DNA of 64,000 nt from Phyllobacteriaceae bacterium (GCA_043776635.1 JAYVRA010000051.1:406-64405); one strand, 5' to 3'; positions 10,253 to 20,614 are shown, counted from the first letter of the stretch. Numbers and translations: made by a program. The notes: generated by a model not told the origin, from the sequence alone.

Positions 10253-11103
10253 ACGCGCAGGCCACAAAGACAAACCGGATTTCCTTTCAAGGGGAACGCG
10301 GTGCAAATTCCGATATGGCCTGCCAGAACATGTTTCCGGGCATGGAGCCTTTGCCCTGTCCGACATTTGAAGATGCCTTCAATGCGCTCGAAAGCGGCAA
10401 GGCAGATTTGGCCATGATACCGATTGAAAACACCATCGCCGGCCGCGTGGCGGATATTCACCATCTACTGCCAACATCCAAGCTACAGATTATCGGTGAA
10501 TATTTCCTGCCCATCCGCTTTCAGCTGATGGTGCTGCCCGGCACAAAAATGGAGGCCATCAAGTCCGTCCACAGCCATGTGCACGCGCTTGGCCAGTGTC
10601 GCAAAATCATCCGCAAGCATCGCTGGAAGGCCGTTGTCGAAGGTGATACAGCGGGCGCCGCCCGCGTGGTGGCTGAAATTGGCGATAAATCGATGGCAGC
10701 CCTGGCGCCGCGCCTTGCCGCCTCGCTTTACGGCTTGGAAATCATCCAAGAAAATGTGGAAGATTCTGAAAACAACGTCACGCGGTTTATCGTTCTTTCA
10801 CGCGAGAAGCGCTGGGCAAGCCGCGCTAAGCCCGGTGAAGTAATGATGACCAGCTTCGTGTTCAACGTGCGCAACGTGCCAGCCGCGCTTTATAAAGCCA
10901 TGGGCGGCTTTGCCACCAACGGCGTTAACATGACCAAACTGGAAAGCTACCAGCTGGGCGGCGAGTTCACAGCCACGCAGTTTTATGCCGAAATTGAAGG
11001 TCACCCGCAAGATAAGAACGTGGCGCTGGCCCTGGAAGAATTGGCGTTCTTCTCAAAAGAAGTCCGGATTTTAGGTGTTTACGCGCAGGCGCAGAGCCGG
11101 TAA
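10249..11103 (+). CDS. pheA: Prephenate dehydratase
   Basis: 284 aa: PDT domain ([12 protein letters not shown]..., [11 protein letters not shown]) plus a C-terminal ACT domain. ATGA overlap with kdsB. Confidence 0.9.
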   Translation: MNAQATKTNRISFQGERGANSDMACQNMFPGMEPLPCPTFEDAFNALESGKADLAMIPIENTIAGRVADIHHLLPTSKLQIIGEYFLPIRFQLMVLPGTKMEAIKSVHSHVHALGQCRKIIRKHRWKAVVEGDTAGAARVVAEIGDKSMAALAPRLAASLYGLEIIQENVEDSENNVTRFIVLSREKRWASRAKPGEVMMTSFVFNVRNVPAALYKAMGGFATNGVNMTKLESYQLGGEFTATQFYAEIEGHPQDKNVALALEELAFFSKEVRILGVYAQAQSR

Positions 11104-11105
11104 AA

Positions 11106-11627
11106 TTAGGCAAGGGTCTGGACTATTTCGCATAGTAAAATGCGGTCACCATCTTTAAGAGAAACAGGCACACTTTCATCGCGGCCACCGACGCGAATGA
11201 TCACACCGTCCACCGAGCCATGTTCACGAAATGGTCCATACTGAATAGGTTTTGGCCGCATTCTTCCAGGAAAGGAAATTATTTCAGCGCCTTCTGGAGG
11301 AGTAAGCCAGCCGATTTCATTATCTTTGGCTAACATAGCGTCAAGTGACTTAAAGGCATCTTTCGCATCTATCGAGCCACGACCTTCTCGAAGCGCGGCC
11401 ATCCGATCTGCGACTTTAGGCAAGGCTGGCGGCTCAATCGTTGAAACCAATACGGTGCTTCTTCTTTCGAGATGCGAAAAATGCACGAGTTCCCGTTCCC
11501 CAAGCAACTTGGCAAGTTCGATCATGTATTCTGCGAGCCGCGCCATAGGCAAGCTGTCGATGTTAAATACATCGATAGTGAAACGGTAATGTTTCTTTTC
11601 GTCTTCAATCATTTTGAGTTTGTCCAA
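11106..11627 (-). CDS. Hypothetical protein (orphan, AT-richer than neighbours)
   Basis: 173-aa ORF with no motif I can recognise. Coding-like composition. Its stop is 2 nt from the convergent pheA stop. Confidence 0.5.
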   Translation of the reverse strand: MDKLKMIEDEKKHYRFTIDVFNIDSLPMARLAEYMIELAKLLGERELVHFSHLERRSTVLVSTIEPPALPKVADRMAALREGRGSIDAKDAFKSLDAMLAKDNEIGWLTPPEGAEIISFPGRMRPKPIQYGPFREHGSVDGVIIRVGGRDESVPVSLKDGDRILLCEIVQTLA

Positions 11628-11702
11628 ATTGTCTGGAACCTTAACAACAATACCTAACCTCTGAGAACATCATTTATCTGCACTATAAAAATAAGTAAGC
11701 AG

Positions 11703-12647
11703 TCAACCTTCCGCCCAGTCTCTAATCAAGACGCTGGCAATCGCTGCGCGGGGCGGGACGCGGTAATTCTCGGGGTGGGTTCCGTTCATCATCTGGCGCA
11801 CTTCGGCTTTCGTAAACCAACGTCCGGTCTCCAGCTCGGTAGGCTCCAGCACGATGTCATCATTCAGCGCCTGCGCATAAAAACCGATCATCAGGCTATG
11901 CGCAAACGGCCATGGCTGGCTGGCGTGATAGACCACGGCGCCCGTGCGGATGCCTGCTTCCTCAAGTGTCTCGCGGCGTACCGCCTCTTCCAAACTTTCG
12001 CCCGGCTCCACAAATCCGGCGAGACAGGAAATCATGCCTTCCGGAAAGTGCGCACCCCGTGCCAGCAGACACTTGTCGCCGTACAGGGTTAGCATAATCA
12101 CAACAGGGTCCGTACGCGGGAAATGCTCGGCGTAACAGCCATCGCAAATGCGCTTGGCGCCGCCGCCCTTCGGGTCATTGCGCGCGCCGCAGCGGCCGCA
12201 GAATTTGTGGGTGGAATGCCAAGCTAGCAGCGCCGCGCCTTGCGCAATTGTGGAAAGCAGCGGGCGGGGCAAGAGGCCGCCGGTCATGAGTGAGCGATAA
12301 TCGACGGCGCGAAACGGCGCGGGAAGGGTTTCGATATCGACGCTCAGTTTTGCTGCGCATTGTGCCGCGCCGTTTTCAAAGCCGAGCAAATTACTCTCGG
12401 CAAAGTCCGGCTCGAACGCTTGCAATTCATGGGTTTCAAATAGCGCGCGCGGGCCGTTCTCGTCACTAAAATCCAAAATCAGCTTGCCTGATGCAAACGC
12501 CAGCCAGCGCGACTGCGGGTCGCTGCGTGCCAGATCAATCGCATCATCCATGCGCTTTTCCGACAGCCGCTCCAGCGTGCCGCCGGAAAAGGCCACGGTT
12601 GCAGATGCTTCTTGCGTGTCTTTAAACAGCCAGTTTTTGGAGGTCAT
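11703..12647 (-). CDS. nudC: NADH pyrophosphatase (Nudix)
   Basis: Zinc ribbon CGRCGA...CDGC followed by the Nudix box GFVEPGESLEEAVRRETLEEAGI. Confidence 0.9.
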   Translation of the reverse strand: MTSKNWLFKDTQEASATVAFSGGTLERLSEKRMDDAIDLARSDPQSRWLAFASGKLILDFSDENGPRALFETHELQAFEPDFAESNLLGFENGAAQCAAKLSVDIETLPAPFRAVDYRSLMTGGLLPRPLLSTIAQGAALLAWHSTHKFCGRCGARNDPKGGGAKRICDGCYAEHFPRTDPVVIMLTLYGDKCLLARGAHFPEGMISCLAGFVEPGESLEEAVRRETLEEAGIRTGAVVYHASQPWPFAHSLMIGFYAQALNDDIVLEPTELETGRWFTKAEVRQMMNGTHPENYRVPPRAAIASVLIRDWAEG

Positions 12648-13060
12648 TGCGCACTTTCAATTTTTGCTTTCAAGGTCTCGATGAAACCTGCCGCTGCCGC
12701 CGGTTCATATAGCACTTTCGCGCCGAAACCCCACACTGGCCCCGGCCAATTGGCATCACTCTGAGACCGCGCAATGACGTGCACATGTAGTTGGTGCACA
12801 ATGTTGCCAATGGCGGCACTGTTAATTTTCTCACAAGCCGTGAAGTCCTTCAGCGCCCGCGCCACCAGTGCTGTTTCTTGTGCGAGCACCATTTGGCCGG
12901 CATCGCTGAGATCATGCACTTCGCTGGCGCCCGCAATGCGCGGCACTAAAATCAACCATGGCCAGCGGGCATCATTCATCAGGCGCACATCGCATAACGG
13001 TAGTGCCGTGACGCTTAAGGTATCGCCGGCGAGGCGGGGATCATAGCTGAAATTAATCAT
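12644..13060 (-). CDS. HIT family hydrolase
   Basis: 138 aa with histidine triad HQLHVHVI. 4-nt overlap with nudC. Confidence 0.85.
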   Translation of the reverse strand: MINFSYDPRLAGDTLSVTALPLCDVRLMNDARWPWLILVPRIAGASEVHDLSDAGQMVLAQETALVARALKDFTACEKINSAAIGNIVHQLHVHVIARSQSDANWPGPVWGFGAKVLYEPAAAAGFIETLKAKIESAQ

Positions 13061-13090
13061 GGGCAGTAGGTAACGGGAAATTTTGACATT

Positions 13091-13123
13091 GTGAAGTCAA
13101 GGTGAAGTCATGGTGAAGTCAAG
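13091..13123. repeat. Three phased 11-bp direct repeats (GTGAAGTCAAG / GTGAAGTCATG / GTGAAGTCAAG)
   Basis: Direct reading. They begin 30 bp upstream of the HIT-nudC operon start. Confidence 0.9.
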
Positions 13124-13270
13124 TTGGGTTGCGTCCGCCTGGTCCAATATTTGCCATCACCGCTTTGAACACTGCCGCGCCGCCGACAAGCGATGATGTG
13201 CAGGTGTGAGAAAAAATATTAAGCGGCAGGGCGACTCTGCTGACATGGTTCGGCAACGCGCGATTTGATT

Positions 13271-14647
13271 TCAATAAAAAACGGGCCGCCGTGTTACCGC
13301 CACCCAACGCCAAATCAGCGCGAAGGCCACAAATGCCAGCCCGATGGCTAAACCCAACCAAATGCCCCTTCCCTCAAAGCCAAAATGGAATGCCAGCACC
13401 CAGCCGATGGGCATGCCGACGACCCAATAGCCAATGCCGCCGATGATGAGTGGCAGCTTTGTGTCTTGCAGGCCGCGCAACATGCCGCCGGCGACTGACT
13501 GCGCACCATCGACGATTTGGAACAGGGCGGCGTAACTTAAGTATGAGACCGCCAGCGTGAACACGGGGGCTGCCTTTGGGTTTGAACCATCCATAAACAG
13601 GCCGATCAGCGTTTCTGGAATGGAGATCATCACCAAGGCCATGAACGCCATGAAGCCGGTTCCCAAACAAAAGCTGGTCCAGCCTGCTCGTCGGATATTA
13701 TCCAACTCTTGTGCCCCGAAAGCCAAACCGACGCGCACCGTTGCGGCTTGGCTGAGGCCGAGCGGAACCATGAAGGCGATTGATGCGAGTTGGAGCGCGA
13801 TGGCATAGGCGGCGACGCTGTCGCGCCCGATCATTCCCATGATCAGGCCTGAGACAGAGAACAGCGCGGTTTCAAACATGAGCAGAAGCCCGATGTTGAA
13901 ACCCAGCTTCACCAGCTGCCAAAATTGCCCGGGGTCCAGCCGCCAAAAACGCCCGAACAGATGATAACGCCGAAAGCGGCGGTCCTGCCCCACAAAGGCT
14001 GCAAGGCTCACAAACATCATGGTCGATGTAAATGTTGTGGCGATGCCGGAGCCCTGCACGCCAAGCGCCGGAAAGCCCCAATTACCAAAAACCAGCGCCC
14101 AATTGGCAAGCGCATTGAAGGCAACAGCACACAGACTAATGATCATGGCGGACTTTGGCCGCTCCAGCGCCGAGACGAAATTGCGCAACACAATGTAGCC
14201 GAAAAACGGGATCATTGCCCATTGGAATGTCTGCAAATAGCTGCCGCCAATCGCGGCGATTTGCGGGTCTTGGCCGGTGAATTTCAGAATGCTTTCGCCA
14301 TTCCATAAAATCATCATAAGTGGAACAGGGACCAGCATTGCCAGCCAGAGGCCATGGCGCACAGTTTGGCGCACGCGCCGCACTTCATATTTGAACGCGC
14401 CAATTTCCCGGGCCAGCACGGGCGCGACGGCAAGCATCAGGCCGAAGCCGATGAAGAATGTGAGGTAATAGAGATTGACACCGACTGAGCCGCCCGCCAG
14501 TGCGTCCGGCCCCAGCCGCCCCAGCATCAAAACATCTGTCGCGCCCATTGCAATCTGTGCCAAATTCGTCAGCACCATAGGCCAAGCCAGCGCCAGCGTG
14601 GCGCGTAGCTCTATGGTCCATAGGTTGGTTGGTTTGGCAGGTTGCAT
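13271..14647 (-). CDS. MATE family efflux transporter
   Basis: 458 aa, ~12 TM segments, NorM/DinF-like sequence pattern. Confidence 0.85.
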   Translation of the reverse strand: MQPAKPTNLWTIELRATLALAWPMVLTNLAQIAMGATDVLMLGRLGPDALAGGSVGVNLYYLTFFIGFGLMLAVAPVLAREIGAFKYEVRRVRQTVRHGLWLAMLVPVPLMMILWNGESILKFTGQDPQIAAIGGSYLQTFQWAMIPFFGYIVLRNFVSALERPKSAMIISLCAVAFNALANWALVFGNWGFPALGVQGSGIATTFTSTMMFVSLAAFVGQDRRFRRYHLFGRFWRLDPGQFWQLVKLGFNIGLLLMFETALFSVSGLIMGMIGRDSVAAYAIALQLASIAFMVPLGLSQAATVRVGLAFGAQELDNIRRAGWTSFCLGTGFMAFMALVMISIPETLIGLFMDGSNPKAAPVFTLAVSYLSYAALFQIVDGAQSVAGGMLRGLQDTKLPLIIGGIGYWVVGMPIGWVLAFHFGFEGRGIWLGLAIGLAFVAFALIWRWVAVTRRPVFY

Positions 14648-14774
14648 TTTGATTCACGGTTCTGATCGGGACAGACGTGGTGACATACTTCAACATGTGG
14701 TGAAATGGCTTTTCACATGACATTTATTGATGTATATACTTTTCTCTTGCTGAGTATATCCCTTTGGAGGTGTG

Positions 14775-15017
14775 ATGCCGATTTTTGTTAAAGATCCTGT
14801 TGCAGATGAATTACTGGGTAGTGTTTTGCAGGCGTCCGGAGAAACCAACAAAACCAAGGCAATTGTAAATGCGCTGCGCCGCGAATTGGCACGGCTAAAC
14901 GCTGTTATCCCGCTTTCCCAAAGGCTGGATGCTTTACAAAAGTTCTATGCAGAGCTGGGTACGCCAGACCCGCAGTTTAATATGAAGTCATTTTCCGACG
15001 AAATGAGCGGGCAATAA
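14775..15017 (+). CDS. vapB: Type II antitoxin VapB (Rv0623/PSK-like)
   Basis: 80 aa, MPIFVKDPVADELL...GETNKTKAIVNALRRELARL. GGAGG upstream. Its stop overlaps the vapC ATG (TAATG). Confidence 0.75.
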   Translation: MPIFVKDPVADELLGSVLQASGETNKTKAIVNALRRELARLNAVIPLSQRLDALQKFYAELGTPDPQFNMKSFSDEMSGQ

Positions 15018-15412
15018 TGTTTCTCGACGCCTCTGCTGTGGTTGCCATTATCGCCAATGAACCACAATCGGCTGAATTGCGTACGAAAATTGAGTTGGCA
15101 AGTTCGCTGTTCTATACCTCGCCTCTGGCAGTTTGGGAGAGCATTGCTGCACTCGCCCGCATTATGAGAGTGGATAGCAAGCTTGTGCAGCCAATAGTCA
15201 ATGCGTTTCACCGTGAGCTTGGAGCTACAAGCGTCAATATCAACCATGATATGGCGCTAGTCGCACTTGAAGTTTTTTCGCGCTATGGCAAAGGTTCAGG
15301 GCATGCGGCGGGCCTGAATATGGGTGATTGTTTCAGCTATGCCGCCGCCAAAGATAGTAAGGTGCCAATGCTTTATATTGGCAATGATTTCATTCACACC
15401 GATATGGCCTAG
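15017..15412 (+). CDS. vapC: PIN-domain ribonuclease toxin VapC
   Basis: 131 aa. Acidic PIN residues in MFLDASAVVA, ...GDCFSYAAA and GNDFIHTD. Confidence 0.8.
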   Translation: MFLDASAVVAIIANEPQSAELRTKIELASSLFYTSPLAVWESIAALARIMRVDSKLVQPIVNAFHRELGATSVNINHDMALVALEVFSRYGKGSGHAAGLNMGDCFSYAAAKDSKVPMLYIGNDFIHTDMA

Positions 15413-15451
15413 ACCACACATACCGGAAAATGAAATTGCCTTTGCTGGTTT

Positions 15452-16321
15452 TCAGATGTGTACATCCGGTTCCGCCCTACCCCTAAACGGTAGATCAACA
15501 ACAAACGTTTTGCCCGAGTCCGGCGCTGCGATCAGCGCTTTTTGGCTCATTAGTTTATTGGCGGTTGTGACAGCCATGCGGTCCAGATTATTGCCGATAA
15601 AGGCGGGGCAGGACGTTTGTGTGGCATTAGGAATATCAATGGTCTGCGTTACTATGCCTTGCGGCGAAATGCAGGCAATTTCACCGGCGCCCCAGCGGGC
15701 ATTCCAGATGTTGCCGTCAGTGTCGCAGACTGAACCATCTATCCAGCCGTCACTCTTGTGCTCATAAAAAAGATCCGGGTCGCCGGTTGGCAGCGCGGTT
15801 TGCGGGTCAATGGGGATACGCATCATGCGGTGCGTTGGCGTATCGACATAATAGGCGAAGGCTCCATCCGGTGAGAAGCAGATGGAGTTGGGGATGGTGG
15901 CCGGCTCGATCAGGACGGTCACTTTGCCTTTGTAAAAGTGGTAGAATTTTCCTGCACCATCAGCTTCGTCCTTGGCCATGGTGCCGAACCAGATTGCGCC
16001 GGATTGATGAGCGCGGGCGTCGTTGGAGCGGGTTAGCAGGTTGTGACTTTCGACCGGCGTGTGCAGCGTTAACACGCCGGTTACACGGTCGCGGATGTGG
16101 AAGCCTTGCTCGCCTAATATCAGTTGACATTTGTCATCGACGCTGAAGATCGCACTGGCCATAAACGGCAAGTCCGCCACGCCCTCCAATGCCGTTTTGA
16201 AATCATGACTGTGCAGCTTTTGGCCTAAAATATCGAACCAGAATAGCGTGCCGGTGCGCACATCATATGACGGGCCTTCGCCGAGGGCGCAGGGTGTTCG
16301 GGAGAGAATGAAGGCTGCCAT
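15452..16321 (-). CDS. SMP-30/gluconolactonase/LRE family lactonase
   Basis: 289 aa. GEGPSYD...LFWFDI is a typical SMP-30 beta-propeller N-terminus. Adjacent to dgoA/dgoK. Confidence 0.8.
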   Translation of the reverse strand: MAAFILSRTPCALGEGPSYDVRTGTLFWFDILGQKLHSHDFKTALEGVADLPFMASAIFSVDDKCQLILGEQGFHIRDRVTGVLTLHTPVESHNLLTRSNDARAHQSGAIWFGTMAKDEADGAGKFYHFYKGKVTVLIEPATIPNSICFSPDGAFAYYVDTPTHRMMRIPIDPQTALPTGDPDLFYEHKSDGWIDGSVCDTDGNIWNARWGAGEIACISPQGIVTQTIDIPNATQTSCPAFIGNNLDRMAVTTANKLMSQKALIAAPDSGKTFVVDLPFRGRAEPDVHI

Positions 16322-16323
16322 GG

Positions 16324-16965
16324 TTATCCGGCCGCTGCCACATCGTAAGCGTTGACGGCCCGCATGGCGGCGATGGCGACGTCTGCCGCTTTTGCGCCCG
16401 GCTTATACAGGCTGGAGCCAAGGCCGAAGGTTTTCACGCCCGCTTCCATCCATGAATCAAAATCCGCATCCGCCACCCCGCCGACAGCGCCGATCACCGT
16501 ATCCTTGGGCAATATGGCGCGGATGGCGTTGACACCCGATGGGCCGAGTGCGCTGGCGGGAAAAAACTTCAGCGCTGATGCGCCGCACTTGATGGCGAGC
16601 AGCGCCTCCGTTGCTGTGAAAACACCCGGCATGGAAATCATGTTGAGATCCGCCGCCTTGCCCAGCACATCCGGATCTACATTGGGCGTGACCAGCAGGC
16701 GCCCGCCGACGTCATAAAGTCGTTGCACATTGGCGGCTGTCAACACTGTGCCAGCGCCAATCAGCACGCCCTTGGGTGCACGCTTTGCCAGCGTTTCGAT
16801 GGAAGTAAACGGGTCTGGAGAATTCAACGGAATTTCGATGGCTTCAAAACCGGCATCAATCAACACATCGCCAATCGCGGTGATCTCATCCGGTTTGACA
16901 CCGCGCAAAATCGCGACAAGCCCGCGCTTGATGTGAGGCCATGGGGCGGAATGTTTCGTGCTCAT
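16324..16965 (-). CDS. dgoA: 2-dehydro-3-deoxy-6-phosphogalactonate aldolase
   Basis: KDPG/KDPGal aldolase family (LVAILRGVKPDE..., EIPLNSP). Start taken at ATG 16965; the ORF is open to 17028. Confidence 0.8.
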   Translation of the reverse strand: MSTKHSAPWPHIKRGLVAILRGVKPDEITAIGDVLIDAGFEAIEIPLNSPDPFTSIETLAKRAPKGVLIGAGTVLTAANVQRLYDVGGRLLVTPNVDPDVLGKAADLNMISMPGVFTATEALLAIKCGASALKFFPASALGPSGVNAIRAILPKDTVIGAVGGVADADFDSWMEAGVKTFGLGSSLYKPGAKAADVAIAAMRAVNAYDVAAAG

Positions 16966-16978
16966 TATCTTGATTTCC

Positions 16979-17896
16979 CTAAAATCGTGAGGACCAAAAT
17001 TGTTTTGCAGCAGCGATAAGCCCGGCACGGACCTGCGCTTCGCCGTCTGTTAGTGTATAGCTAAAACCAGCCATTTGAAGCGCTCTTTCATAGAGCTTGC
17101 CAAGCCCGCCAACGCCAACCAATGTGACATTAGATGCCGTGCCGTAGCTAAGCTTTGCGCCGCCAATTTCCGCGCCAATGAGCAATCCAGACAGTTTGGC
17201 CGCGCAGTCGGTTTGCGAAAATCCATGCAGCAGACTGGCAGCGCGCACGGAAAACAGACGCTGTGACAGTGCTTGGGGGTGTGCGATCATATCTGCGCAG
17301 GCGTCTTCAAAGGCCGGTGTGTCAACGGGGAAAGTCCGTACATCTCCGATGGAATGGCGCAGCAGCGAATGGCCTGCGAACAGCGCAAACAGCTCGCCCG
17401 TCAGAAATGTCGTGAGGCGCTGAACACTAAATTCGCTTACCTCGACCCATTTGCAATGCGTTCCGGGCATACACACCAGTTGGCGTGAGTTATCTGTGAT
17501 AAGCCCGAGCAATTGCGTTTCCTCGCCGCGCATCACATCAGGCTCAAGGGTACTGCGCTGCGCGATGCCAGGTAAAATGCGCACATCGCGGCGGCTGTCG
17601 CTCACGCTTCGGGCATGACGAATAACATCGCCGAGCAGCGCCGGCGTATCAAGATAAGGCGCTTCCACCCAGCCTTGGCGCGAGCCTGCCATGCCGCAAA
17701 TGATAACCGGAATACCGGCTGGAACACCAAGCCCTTTAAGGTGATTTTCCAGCGTGGCGGCAAAACCAACGGCGCTTGCGCCTTCCAAACCCTCATCCGT
17801 ATGGCGCTGAGCTATGGTGGTTCCGTCGCGGTCAATCACCCACAAACGCAGGCGACTGGTTCCCCAATCAACGGCAACACAAGCGGTATCGGTCAT
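16979..17896 (-). CDS. dgoK: 2-dehydro-3-deoxygalactonokinase
   Basis: 305 aa with the VAVDWGTSRLRLW N-terminal motif of DgoK. Confidence 0.8.
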   Translation of the reverse strand: MTDTACVAVDWGTSRLRLWVIDRDGTTIAQRHTDEGLEGASAVGFAATLENHLKGLGVPAGIPVIICGMAGSRQGWVEAPYLDTPALLGDVIRHARSVSDSRRDVRILPGIAQRSTLEPDVMRGEETQLLGLITDNSRQLVCMPGTHCKWVEVSEFSVQRLTTFLTGELFALFAGHSLLRHSIGDVRTFPVDTPAFEDACADMIAHPQALSQRLFSVRAASLLHGFSQTDCAAKLSGLLIGAEIGGAKLSYGTASNVTLVGVGGLGKLYERALQMAGFSYTLTDGEAQVRAGLIAAAKQFWSSRF

Positions 17897-18005
17897 GAAT
17901 TATTTCCGGTTTCTGTAAGACACATCTATGATTATGCAGCATTCACGCACGCTGCTGCAACATCAAAAATAAACACCTCCGCCGCTGTCTGGCACGACAC
18001 ATGTT

Positions 18006-19415
18006 TTAAGCCGCGCGGGAAGCGCCGCGATGACTATCGGCAAGATAGCCGAGTGTCGCCGCTTCATCCACAGGTCTGCCGAACAAATAACCTTGTCCGC
18101 CCGTGCAGCCAAACTGAATCAAACGATCCGCCTGCCCCTGTTCTTCGATGCCCTCGGCAATTGTAGAAATGCCCAAGCCTTCGCACATTGCCAAAATGGC
18201 CTTCACGATATGTTCTGAAGGCCGGTCATTAAGGATGGAAGAGACAAAGGCACGGTCAATTTTCAGCTTGTCAAATTTGAATTCCCGCAAACGCCCGAGT
18301 GATGATTGCCCTGTGCCAAAATCATCCAGCGAAACCCGCACACCGGCATTGCGCAAATCTTCAACTATCAATTCCGCAGTCTTGGGGTCGGACATCATAC
18401 CGGTTTCGGTGATTTCAATTTCAAGTCGGGTCGGGTCAAAGCCTGTCTTCTTCAGAATTGCCAACACTGTCTTACCGGTATTGGGATCGGATAACTGGAC
18501 AGGTGACAAATTAAACGACAGGAACATGTGAGCGGGCCACCCCTGCGCGGCAATAGTGGACTTGCGCAAAAGCAGCTGTGTGAGCGGAATTATTATCCCT
18601 GTTTCCTCGGCGATGGGGATAAATACCACCGGTGAGACAAAACCTAAATCTTTATCGGTCCAACGTGCAAGGCATTCAAAGCCGACAGTATCGCCAGTTT
18701 TCAAATCAACGATTGGTTGGAAAAACGGCTCAACTTCCTCGGCTGCAACGGCGCGGCGTAATGCTTGCTCTACGCGCGTCGCATGTTTGGCTGCCGCTTC
18801 CATTTCCTTGGAATGCATAACCGTGCGCCCGCTTCCCCGGCGTCTCGCGTCATAAAGGGCGCTGCCTGCTTTGCGCAACAAATCATCGGCGTCTTCATTA
18901 CCATCCTGAAAAATGGAGATCCCGACACTGGCCGAAAGTCTCGCAGTGCGCTCGCCAAGATCATAGGGTGCTGATAGGATTTCTATTAGCATTTCACCAC
19001 GTTCTTTGGCGTCCTCGCGCCGGAAAACGAGTGGGAACAGCACAGCGAATTCATCACCGGAATATCGTGCCACAAATCCGCTGCCATCAATTGCCGCGTG
19101 CAGACGCATGCCCACTTGCTGTAAAATACTGTCACCAGCCTCTTGACCGTAAAGATCATTAATTGGTTTAAAGCCGTCCAGCCCAAGTCGGACAACAGTG
19201 AAAGGAGCCGGATCGTCCGAACGATCCTCGATTAGTTTTCCCAATTTACTGACAAAGCGCGCCCGATTTGCAAGACCCGTTTTTACATCAGTCGACGCAG
19301 CTTCATACTCGTCAGGCCTATATTTTTGCATATGGCGTCCCCGCAAATCAATTTTTATTGGTTGCATACAACATGAAAGAGAAAAATTGCTATTTGGTTT
19401 CTCCCGCTTGTTCAA
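18006..19415 (-). CDS. GGDEF-EAL domain c-di-GMP signalling protein
   Basis: Degenerate GGDEF site (RYSGDEFAVLF) followed by an EAL domain (FECLARW, DDFGTGQSSL, KIDRAFV). Start is uncertain (ATG 19331 is also possible). Confidence 0.85.
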   Translation of the reverse strand: MNKREKPNSNFSLSCCMQPIKIDLRGRHMQKYRPDEYEAASTDVKTGLANRARFVSKLGKLIEDRSDDPAPFTVVRLGLDGFKPINDLYGQEAGDSILQQVGMRLHAAIDGSGFVARYSGDEFAVLFPLVFRREDAKERGEMLIEILSAPYDLGERTARLSASVGISIFQDGNEDADDLLRKAGSALYDARRRGSGRTVMHSKEMEAAAKHATRVEQALRRAVAAEEVEPFFQPIVDLKTGDTVGFECLARWTDKDLGFVSPVVFIPIAEETGIIIPLTQLLLRKSTIAAQGWPAHMFLSFNLSPVQLSDPNTGKTVLAILKKTGFDPTRLEIEITETGMMSDPKTAELIVEDLRNAGVRVSLDDFGTGQSSLGRLREFKFDKLKIDRAFVSSILNDRPSEHIVKAILAMCEGLGISTIAEGIEEQGQADRLIQFGCTGGQGYLFGRPVDEAATLGYLADSHRGASRAA

Positions 19416-19447
19416 TGAGGGGTTAATGAAATGAAAGTGAAGCGTAG

Positions 19448-20614
19448 TTAATGAGATGCCAATTCCATTATCACTGCATCGAGCAAAATCATGCCCTTGG
19501 GCGTGGCACGAATGCGGCTGTTGCCGACTGGCTCAATCATGCCCTCATCGCGCAAATTGGCGATGCGGGCTGCATTGAATGAGCGGCCTGCCAGCACTTC
19601 AAAGCGCGGAATATCGATGCCTTCGACCAGCCGCAAGCCCATCAGCAATAATTCGTCCGCCTCTTGGAAACAGTCAAGAACCTCGCCGCCGGTAATGCCG
19701 TGACCTCGGGCTTCAACATGCCCGAGCCAGCGCTCCGGATTACGCTCGGCAATCGTGACGTTGCGAATACCATCCTCGCGGAACCGGCCATGTGCGCCGG
19801 GGCCGACGCCGATGTATTCGCCGTAACGCCAGTAAACCAGATTGTGCCGGCTCTCCGCACCCGGCGCTGCATGATTAGAAATCTCGTACGCTGGAAGTCC
19901 GCGCGAGGCGGTGATTTGGCTCGTCAAAGCATAGAGATCAGCGGCACGGTCATCGTCCAAGGTTTTTAATTTGCCACGGCTGCGCAAGGCGTGAAATGGC
20001 GTGCCTTCTTCGATAGTCAGCTGGTAGAGTGAGAGATGGTCGGCGGCCAAATCAATGGCTTGGTTGAGTTCACCGGTCCAGCCGGATTCAGTTTGGTTTG
20101 GCCGTGCGTAGATCAAATCGAACGACAGGCGCGGGAAAATTTCACGGGCCACCCTAATCGCCCTCTTGGCTTCCTCGGCATTGTGAATGCGCCCTAAGAA
20201 TTTCAAATCTTCATCATTGAGTGATTGTACACCCAATGAAACGCGGTTGACGCCCGCACTGCGATAGCCGCGAAAGCGCGTGGCATCGACACTTGAGGGG
20301 TTTGCCTCCATTGTGATTTCGATGCCGTCCGGCACGGACCAAAGGCTTGCCACCTTGTCCAAAATCGTTGCCACTGTTTGCGGCTCCATGAGAGATGGTG
20401 TGCCGCCGCCGATAAAAATACTTTTGACCAAGCGCGGTCCTGTGCGCTGGCGCATATGCTCCAACTCGCGCTCAAACGCGGCGGCATAGCGTACTTGATC
20501 CGGCGCTGTATGGCGGACGTGGCTGTTAAAATCGCAATAAGGACATTTGGCAGCGCAGAATGGCCAGTGCAAATAAATGCCAAAACCTGGTGCGCCATCG
20601 TCCGGAACAATCAT
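19448..20614 (-). CDS. hemW: Radical SAM heme chaperone HemW
   Basis: CxxxCxxC cluster motif ([10 protein letters not shown]). 388 aa, HemN-like without oxidase-specific motifs. Confidence 0.85.
   Translation of the reverse strand: MIVPDDGAPGFGIYLHWPFCAAKCPYCDFNSHVRHTAPDQVRYAAAFERELEHMRQRTGPRLVKSIFIGGGTPSLMEPQTVATILDKVASLWSVPDGIEITMEANPSSVDATRFRGYRSAGVNRVSLGVQSLNDEDLKFLGRIHNAEEAKRAIRVAREIFPRLSFDLIYARPNQTESGWTGELNQAIDLAADHLSLYQLTIEEGTPFHALRSRGKLKTLDDDRAADLYALTSQITASRGLPAYEISNHAAPGAESRHNLVYWRYGEYIGVGPGAHGRFREDGIRNVTIAERNPERWLGHVEARGHGITGGEVLDCFQEADELLLMGLRLVEGIDIPRFEVLAGRSFNAARIANLRDEGMIEPVGNSRIRATPKGMILLDAVIMELASH

Noticed and set aside
13119-13361. 80-aa ORF downstream of, and overlapping, the MATE gene 3' end.
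   Set aside because: It overlaps the 3' end of the well-supported MATE gene in another frame on the same strand, has no RBS, and has no recognisable similarity.
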